From Podarcis melisellensis (lineage: Eukaryota): 64,000 bases of DNA. A program made the translations under genes and the position numbers. Of the stretch, positions 60,001 through 64,000 are shown in pieces (position 1 is the first letter of the stretch; every line of letters begins with the position of its first letter). Where the stretch lies: NCBI GenBank assembly GCA_964234715.1, contig OZ174277.1. One strand, written 5' to 3'. Below the pieces are notes generated by a model. The model was not told the origin of the DNA. It did no database searches and was given only the letters and a program-made list of their open reading frames with translations.

Positions 60001-62025
60001 ACCATCATATTTCTGATGGTTGGGCAGGCTCAAATGGAGGAGACAATCCTTTAAAAAATCTAGTCCTAAACTTGATTCTGATGTTACTAGATCTAATTAC
60101 TAGATCTAGACAATAGTGATCTGTAATTGATCTCGATCATAGCACTAAGGTAGAATATGTAGGTGCTGCGTTACATTGAACATACTCTGTTGTTTTTTTT
60201 AAAAAATAATACTGTACAGCAGTAACATTTGGAATTGGTATGCGGCAGTTTGTATGCTTATTAATTTCTGGCTTTAACTACCATATCTTTAAAATATTCT
60301 GACATTGCATTTAGCTGATATTTTAAAATAATCAGTGCACACAGGTGTAATTTTGGGGTTTTTACAAATCTCCCCTCAGAGTGAAAACTGATGTTAATAG
60401 TCATTACGCTGTCAATAACATTTAAAAACAAATGCAGTCCCCGTTGAAGACTCATTCAAGCATAGATTCATAACTTGTGTGTGAGAATGTATGTGTATGT
60501 TTTTGCTAAACACACCTGAACATTTCAAGGGGGTTTAAAAGCTGTGGAACTGTTTCCTCCTTTTTAACCACAAAGGGTGAGAATTTCATGCGCGAGGGAT
60601 CTTCTTTCTGAAGCGAGGTATATTCTACCCTCATTCAGGAAGCCCGTGGGTTTTTTGTCGTACACGTGTTGACCCCGTTTTCTTCTCCCCCCCTTTCTCC
60701 TTTACTGATTAAAGTTTTCCTATTTTGCAGATGTCAGCATACTTCAATAAGTCAGGAGACCAAAGATTTATTTCAGAGAATGACACAGACTACCTGGCTA
60801 CACAGTAAGCAACCATTTGTGGAAAGCAGCCTGCTTTGTTTGTTCCATTGCTTAGAAGTAGTAAAAAACAAACAAACAAAAAGCGGTGATTTTAATGTAA
60901 CTCTAGAAACTAAATGGTTCAGAGAAGTTAAAGAAAATGTAAACAGTGGTTTGTATCACAACTGACAGTCATATTCCAAATGTCCTAAGAAATTTATTGT
61001 GTCATTAATCCATGATGTTACTTTTTCTTTTTTTGGATGAACTCATAAAAGATTTGATCCACACATTCAATTGCTTTGTTAGATGCACTATGTAGAAACC
61101 AGAATATGGGAGTCTACTGCGGGAATCAGCGCAATATGCATTACAACAAAAGTTCATAAGTTTAGGCTAAAAGAATACTAGGCAGAACAGAGCCAATATT
61201 CAGGTCGTAGAAGGCTGAAGAAAACTACACAGGGGGATAAGGAGATGGGAAAAGAGGAAAACTTGAGGGCAAGGACTCATTGAGCACTTACAATCCAGCA
61301 TCCACTTACACTGGTAGTTTCTTTCCTAAAATACTCACTGATTTCTTGCCCTCCACATTTTCCCCTAGTCCACTGCTAGTTAGTAATGCTGGGCAAACTA
61401 AGATATGCAGATCTTTGTAGTTATACTAACAAGGTTAAATTGCACTGTCTATAACTGACTAGGCTACTATGGGGTTTTACCAATCAGAGTTGCATCTGTG
61501 AATTCTTGATCTTTTCCTCTGAAAATATGAAAATTATTCTCTTAGCATCTCCCTACCTGGATTTCTTCTGAAAGATCAATCAACAAATTGTCAAAGGGTT
61601 AGTTTAAAGTGTTCACCCACTTTCAGCATACTTGTCTGGAGGATCATGTTTCCTTTAGACACAGTTTAGTGTGTCCCAGCACCATGAGATCAGCCCGCAG
61701 TAGCCTCAGAAATGGAATCTAAAGGCTAGTGATTGGGAAGAAGCACAGTCTAAATAGTTTTAGTCTGACAAATTTCTAACACAGTCTTTTATTCTACTTT
61801 CCCCATAGGAGTGGAAAGAGGAAGACAAAGAAGAAAGGCATACAAATGGAGCAGGCGGAAGCCACAGAATGCAAGGCTAATGCAACTGACAACTTTCCAT
61901 CTAATGATGTTGAGGATGAACTTAAGAAAAGCATGGTGAAGAAGAGGAAGAAAAGAGCTGTCAAAACTGCAAGTTCAAGTGGAACTTCGAATGATGCTTT
62001 CCAGCTGGACTCTCCCAAAGCATAG
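5873..62025 (+). CDS. AHI1: AHI1 / jouberin, spliced CDS span (24 coding exons, 3765 nt, about 1254 aa): ciliary transition-zone WD40+SH3 protein
   Basis: Hand-translated exons match jouberin motifs ([70 protein letters not shown]...PANYV). All 23 junction phases are compatible and the exon lengths sum to a multiple of 3. Confidence 0.97.
6629..6750 (+). CDS. AHI1: AHI1 coding exon 2 ([41 protein letters not shown])
   Basis: cttttcag acceptor, GTG|gtgagt donor; matches the AHI1 N-terminus. Confidence 0.93.
7705..8315 (+). CDS. AHI1: AHI1 coding exon 3 (Lys/Glu-rich coiled-coil region, [32 protein letters not shown])
   Basis: gattgtag acceptor, open frame shared with ORF 7882..8358, AG|gtatag donor (phase 2). 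Confidence 0.9.
8763..8960 (-). mobile_element. tRNA-derived squamate SINE (Squam3-like)
   Basis: Reverse complement has an A box (tagctcag...agagcatc), a B-box-like motif, and a body similar to the copies at 12627 and 37843. Confidence 0.7.
10035..10222 (+). CDS. AHI1: AHI1 coding exon 4
   Basis: cattgcag acceptor; frame of ORF 10039..10305; G|gtttgt donor; phases 2 to 1 fit the neighbours. Confidence 0.88.
10945..11164 (+). CDS. AHI1: AHI1 coding exon 5 ([33 protein letters not shown])
   Basis: ctttctgctcctag acceptor, AG|gtgatg donor, conserved jouberin motif. Confidence 0.95.
12198..12390 (+). CDS. AHI1: AHI1 coding exon 6 ([25 protein letters not shown]...ILFFE)
   Basis: NAGNAG acceptor tacagcag, GAG|gtacag donor; frame of ORF 12184..12456. 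Confidence 0.95.
12627..12802 (+). mobile_element. tRNA-derived squamate SINE (Squam3-like)
   Basis: agagcatc...tttgcatgcag...ttcaatccctgg head and gctgccagtcagtgtagacaatac body. Confidence 0.7.
13477..13572 (+). CDS. AHI1: AHI1 coding exon 7 ([32 protein letters not shown])
   Basis: ggtcag acceptor, AAG|gtattt donor, 96 nt, phase 0-0. Confidence 0.95.
14421..15111. mobile_element. non-autonomous Tc1/mariner-pogo (Tigger-like) DNA transposon, 691 bp
   Basis: TA flanks at 14419-20 and 15112-13; TIR CAGTGGTGCCTCGCAAGACGAA / TTCGTCTTGCGGGGCACCACTG; CpG-rich interior with internal inverted repeats. Confidence 0.9.
15331..15516 (+). CDS. AHI1: AHI1 coding exon 8 ([19 protein letters not shown]...[17 protein letters not shown])
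   Basis: gtcttttcag acceptor, CAC|gtaagt donor. Confidence 0.96.
16211..16366 (+). CDS. AHI1: AHI1 coding exon 9 ([14 protein letters not shown]...KWSRFPGQ); GC donor
   Basis: ctatttgtag acceptor; CAG|gcaaga non-canonical donor gives PGQ|VCRIP, collinear with orthologues. Confidence 0.9.
17378..17510 (+). CDS. AHI1: AHI1 coding exon 10 ([25 protein letters not shown]; start of WD40 region)
   Basis: aatgcag acceptor, T|gtaagt donor. Confidence 0.95.
17690..18110 (+). mobile_element. L2-like LINE 3' end, degraded
   Basis: gagagggcattc...gcccct...tggaattcc motif similar to the other L2-like ends, followed by an AT-rich tail. Confidence 0.5.
19048..19171 (+). CDS. AHI1: AHI1 coding exon 11 (YEIPSG...[14 protein letters not shown]...ASSDGTA)
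   Basis: ttttcatcag acceptor, AG|gttagt donor; WD40 GH...SSDGT motif. Confidence 0.96.
19921..20150 (+). CDS. AHI1: AHI1 coding exon 12 (WD40; [13 protein letters not shown]...[12 protein letters not shown]); GC donor
   Basis: ttccttctag acceptor; AAG|gcaagt GC donor is needed to keep the frame. Confidence 0.95.
21126..21229 (+). CDS. AHI1: AHI1 coding exon 13 ([16 protein letters not shown])
   Basis: attttctag acceptor, AAG|gtatat donor. Confidence 0.94.
21500..22015 (+). mobile_element. CR1 LINE 3' fragment
   Basis: Degenerate ORF2 C-terminus (EQLPYEK.L..L..FS.E.R.LR...EV.KIM; RTRGHPLKL...KLWN.L) plus 3'UTR. Confidence 0.85.
22327..22445 (+). CDS. AHI1: AHI1 coding exon 14 ([26 protein letters not shown])
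   Basis: ttttttgtag acceptor, AT|gtaagt donor. Confidence 0.96.
23186..23290 (-). mobile_element. CR1 3' terminus
   Basis: tcatagaatcatagagttggaag...gtccaacccc is the reverse complement of a CR1 (ATTCTATG)n tail region. Confidence 0.7.
23691..23821 (+). CDS. AHI1: AHI1 coding exon 15 ([27 protein letters not shown])
   Basis: ttttttctag acceptor, G|gtatgg donor. Confidence 0.96.
24925..25065 (+). CDS. AHI1: AHI1 coding exon 16 (DQVAMYSDL...[18 protein letters not shown])
   Basis: cttcttttttgtag-type acceptor ending 24924, G|gtaatt donor. Confidence 0.96.
26780..27002 (+). mobile_element. TA-flanked Tc1/mariner-pogo type MITE, copy 1
   Basis: TIR CAGTGGTACCTCG...CGAGGTACCACTG with TA on both sides. 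Confidence 0.9.
27056..27292 (-). mobile_element. same MITE, copy 2, inverted relative to copy 1
   Basis: Reverse complement of 26780-27002; TIRs and TA flanks intact. Confidence 0.9.
27359..27558 (+). CDS. AHI1: AHI1 coding exon 17 (VAQQEAEL...[12 protein letters not shown])
   Basis: catctgcag acceptor, ATG|gtatgg donor; frame of ORF 27322..27591. Confidence 0.93.
29707..29744. repeat. (AC)n microsatellite
   Basis: About 19 perfect units. Confidence 0.98.
30016..30270 (-). mobile_element. L2-like LINE 3' end with (TAA)n tail; microsatellite at 30016-30056
   Basis: (TTA)n run adjoining sequence encoding [11 protein letters not shown] on the minus strand. Confidence 0.75.
32820..33930 (-). 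mobile_element. L2 LINE ORF2 3' fragment interrupted by a Sauria SINE
   Basis: Minus-strand ORF 33413..33847 contains [21 protein letters not shown], the L2-type SRLDYCN motif. Confidence 0.8.
32938..33320 (+). mobile_element. Sauria SINE, full length
   Basis: tRNA-like head with B box gttcgaatcc, core cctagcagtttgaaagcacgtcaaagtgcaagtagataaataggtacc, (ACCTTT)n tail, 10-bp TSD TAAAAGCATA at 32928-37 and 33321-30. Confidence 0.93.
35457..35574 (+). CDS. AHI1: AHI1 coding exon 18 ([39 protein letters not shown])
   Basis: Strong pyrimidine tract then tag, G|gtaagg donor, phase 0-1; Pro/Ser linker containing SKL. Confidence 0.85.
35819..36125. mobile_element. long-TIR palindromic MITE
   Basis: tttaaagcagtatcac...gaatcctgggaactgaagtttg mirrored by caaactacagttcccagaattc...gtgatactgctttaaa. 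Confidence 0.75.
36594..37035 (-). mobile_element. CR1 LINE 3' fragment
   Basis: tcatagaattgtag...ggtcatctagtccaac terminus plus degenerate ORF2 remnant. Confidence 0.75.
37843..37988 (+). mobile_element. tRNA-derived squamate SINE (Squam3-like), internally deleted
   Basis: gggccatagctcagtgggagagcatc head; gccagtcagcgtaggcagtactgagctagatggaccaatg body. Confidence 0.75.
40223..40262 (-). ncRNA. minimal type I hammerhead ribozyme motif (antisense copy)
   Basis: Reverse complement reads CGTAT-CTGAAGA-A-GTGTGCATGCACAC-GAAA-GC-TC-ATACC. Confidence 0.7.
40285..40324 (+). ncRNA. minimal type I hammerhead ribozyme motif (sense to AHI1)
   Basis: GGTAT-CTGAAGA-A-GTGTGCATGCATAC-GAAA-GC-TC-ATACC: stem I GGTAT/ATACC, CUGANGA and GAAA core, stem II, palindromic AGCU stem III, predicted cut after C40319. 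Confidence 0.75.
45013..45042. repeat. (GT)15 microsatellite
   Basis: Perfect dinucleotide run. Confidence 0.98.
45300..45800 (+). mobile_element. CR1 LINE 3' fragment
   Basis: LQLFSLEKR motif; collinear similarity to 21500-22015. Confidence 0.8.
47860..47918 (+). CDS. AHI1: AHI1 coding exon 19 ([20 protein letters not shown])
   Basis: tgtcttttcacag acceptor, ACG|gtaagc donor; phase 1-0 bridges exons 18 and 20. Confidence 0.8.
50966..51851. mobile_element. non-autonomous Tc2/pogo-like DNA transposon (CCGT...ACGG termini, TA flanks)
   Basis: TA-CCGTGTTTTTTGTCCCATAGG ... CCTATAGGGCGAAAAATACGG-TA imperfect TIRs; GC-rich interior. Confidence 0.85.
51158..51767. repeat. about 5 tandem copies of a 117-120 bp GC-rich unit inside the transposon
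   Basis: Units begin with GATGT at about 51158, 51278, 51395, 51514 and 51633; the ORF track repeats with period 119. Confidence 0.92.
52050..52620 (+). mobile_element. non-LTR retrotransposon 3' fragment with C-terminal zinc knuckle
   Basis: ORF 52217..52459 has EG.Y..IP.EER.CPC....[13 protein letters not shown], a typical LINE C-terminal CCHC motif; clade uncertain. Confidence 0.65.
54510..54724 (+). mobile_element. same MITE as 26780, copy 3
   Basis: TA-CAGTGATACCTCG...GAGGTACCACTG-TA; collinear with copy 1. Confidence 0.9.
54738..54809 (+). CDS. AHI1: AHI1 coding exon 20 ([24 protein letters not shown])
   Basis: atttcttccag acceptor, ACA|gtaagt donor, 72 nt symmetric exon leading into VVALYDY. 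Confidence 0.75.
56699..56861 (+). CDS. AHI1: AHI1 coding exon 21 (SH3 domain)
   Basis: VVALYDY...DEL...NWW...[10 protein letters not shown]3 signature; tttcgtag acceptor, A|gtacgt donor. Confidence 0.97.
58084..58181 (+). CDS. AHI1: AHI1 coding exon 22 ([18 protein letters not shown]...PAMPG)
   Basis: cattttcag acceptor, GGG|gtaact donor, phase 1-0. Confidence 0.82.
60731..60804 (+). CDS. AHI1: AHI1 coding exon 23 ([24 protein letters not shown])
   Basis: tattttgcag acceptor, CA|gtaagc donor, phase 0-2. Confidence 0.82.
61809..62025 (+). CDS. AHI1: AHI1 terminal coding exon 24 (SGKRKTKKK...KKRKKR...[12 protein letters not shown])
   Basis: tttccccatag acceptor, phase-2 entry, open frame to TAG 62023-62025, followed by AT-rich 3'UTR-like sequence. 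Confidence 0.82.
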
Positions 62026-62522
62026 TCTCTGTTTTGTTTTTGGATGCTGATTTCATGGATAAAAAGTTGTATGGAAAAACATTCCACTGTTTATCGTAGA
62101 ATGATGATATCATGTTTATCATGATGTGGTGAGCCCAAGGAGAAGAGCATGTACTGAATGTTCCACTGAAATGCATATGAGTTCAAGCAGCAAGTATGAC
62201 TTCAGTATTTAATTTTTGTGAATAGAAAACACTTTGAAATATCTCAATATTTCTCAATTGAAATATCTTCAATACTATTGAAATAATCAGTTTTTGTTGG
62301 GCCTATTCATGTCAAGATAAAGTGGTCCAAGATAGTTTGTTTAAAATTTAAAAAAGCACTTTCATGGGTAAAGTCAAAAGAACTGTTTACTGAAGAATAG
62401 CCTTTGCAACCGTCTCACATACTGATGTGCATCTGCAAATGAGAGTGAATAATCATATGAGTAAATGCAAGCTACCATCACTACAGAATGCAACAGATAG
62501 CTTTTTGTATATTGATATTTAA

Positions 62523-62528
62523 AATAAA
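62523..62528 (+). terminator. candidate AHI1 polyadenylation signal AATAAA (further AATAAA at 62886-62891, ATTAAA at 62745 and 62941)
   Basis: Canonical hexamer about 500 nt after the stop codon; actual usage cannot be determined from sequence. Confidence 0.45.
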
Positions 62529-63169
62529 AGTTTTAATGTATATTATTAATGCACATTAATGTTAATAGTATTAAAACAATGCAATAGTAATACAATAAGT
62601 TTTGCAGAATTCTGTTTTTGTTACACTCAAAGCATTGCCAAATTCGTTTTCTACTTTGTTGTGAAAACCTGTTTTGCATCAATATGTGGGTGGGATATAT
62701 TTTTGTGTCATATTATGTTTATGCTCAGGTGTAACTGTTTTTAAATTAAAAGGCATTAAGTTGTGAAGGAATTATTCATGATGATTTCCGGTGACTTTAT
62801 TTATGGTCCTCTTGTGTATGTTGTCTGCGGATGTCCAGGTTATTTATACCATGTTAGGAAATTCTGCCCCCTTCCTTTCTGAGGCAATAAATAACATAAA
62901 ATTAGAAAACCCTTTTTTAGTAGTCATGGCATTTGATTCCATTAAAAAGAAAGAAGTGAGAATAACCATGTTGACCACTGATGTGTAAAATAACATCCAG
63001 ATGCAAAGGATTAAATACTATATACATATAGTATCCCTGCATATGTTTAGCAGACACTGAAACACATAAACATGTTTATCTGCATAAAACTCAGTTTCCT
63101 CCTTCAAACAACTCTTGTAAAAATGTAGTTTGTACAGGAGAACATTGCAGTAACCCAGGCTGGATGTAA

Positions 63170-63206
63170 CTAGGTCAGGGGTACCAATGTGGTACCCCTG
63201 ACCTAG
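63170..63206. repeat. perfect 17-bp inverted repeat with a 3-nt loop; probable minimal hAT remnant
   Basis: CTAGGTCAGGGGTACCA-ATG-TGGTACCCCTGACCTAG. Confidence 0.85.
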
Positions 63207-64000
63207 GGGTCACAAGTAACAATGGGATCACACACTCCACCTGTGTATCTCCCCAGTATAGATCATCTACTAGGGTGAGCAGGATCTTTTTCAGTTTTAG
63301 AATCAGGTTGGAATATAGAGTGAAATGGATCTAGTTAACTGGTTCCATCCTGTTAATTTGTAGTTTAATACATGAAATTGAGATGCCACTGAATGCATAT
63401 AAAATGTATTTCCTAGAATACCAGATGTTTGTAAAGGACTGGGGGCTATCATTTGTTCAAGTCAAGTTTAGAGGACTGAAGTCACAAGAGCTTGTTCCCT
63501 TGTGATACCGTAACATTGCATTTCAGACTCCTCTGCATGCTTAATATTCTAGCTCTCTGCTCTTTTAATATTCTAGACCTGCTGCTGGTGGTGTTCTCAT
63601 TTTGTTTCTTTCTTTTTTTCCTTTACACAAAATCTCTCGTCATCTTCAGGTTTTGAAAGTAAATAGTCTAGCGTGACATCATGCTATGTATCGGAGAGAG
63701 CTGAGCAGTAGCCAAGACCTGGATGCTCGTTTGGAAGGCATTGTTAACTATTAATTTGACATTGTGGACACTGAAGACAGAAATAACACTTCACATAAAC
63801 ACCATACTGATGTGGCTGTAATCAAAGGCACAGCGCCTCCTTTCATGCTAGCAAACTGGGACTCCAATTATGTTCACTGCTCTGAAGCTGAATAGAGCTG
63901 CTTTGCCACACTTTCCAAATTGAGAGTGGAGATGCAGCAGCAGTCTCTTCTAAGGCACTGTTCCAAATAACAATTAAGGAGAGAAATCAGATAAAAGGCC

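Noticed and set aside
59313-60446. MYB-type sites (CCGTTA 59313, CCGTTG 60441), tempting because AHI1 neighbours MYB in mammals
   Set aside because: Isolated hexamers are expected by chance; no conservation data available here.

Overview
Eukaryotic (vertebrate) genomic DNA. The repeat content (a Sauria SINE with an ACCTTT tail, squamate tRNA-SINEs, CR1/L2 fragments, TA-flanked MITEs) points to a squamate reptile, probably a lacertid lizard. Almost the whole window is one + strand gene, AHI1 (jouberin). I could chain 24 coding exons from ATG 5873 to TAG 62025 with consistent splice phases: 3765 nt, about 1254 aa, giving a Lys/Glu-rich N-terminus, C2-like region, WD40 propeller, Pro/Ser linker, SH3 domain and basic tail. 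The promoter and first exon are not visible, and there is a 171-nt N gap at 964-1134. Most ORFs in the supplied track are exon read-throughs or chance/repeat ORFs. I did not find a wholly new gene system. Best observations: (1) a young, TSD-flanked, 237-bp Penelope-like palindromic insertion in intron 18 carrying two back-to-back minimal hammerhead ribozyme motifs; (2) three copies of one MITE arranged as an inverted pair just upstream of exon 17 plus a copy inserted in the 3' splice-site region of exon 20; (3) two GC-AG introns; (4) a candidate SH3-less alternative terminal exon; (5) a DNA transposon carrying a tandem array of 119-bp hairpin units. Exon numbers refer to coding exons in this window. 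Repeat family names come from recalled diagnostic motifs, not from a database search.
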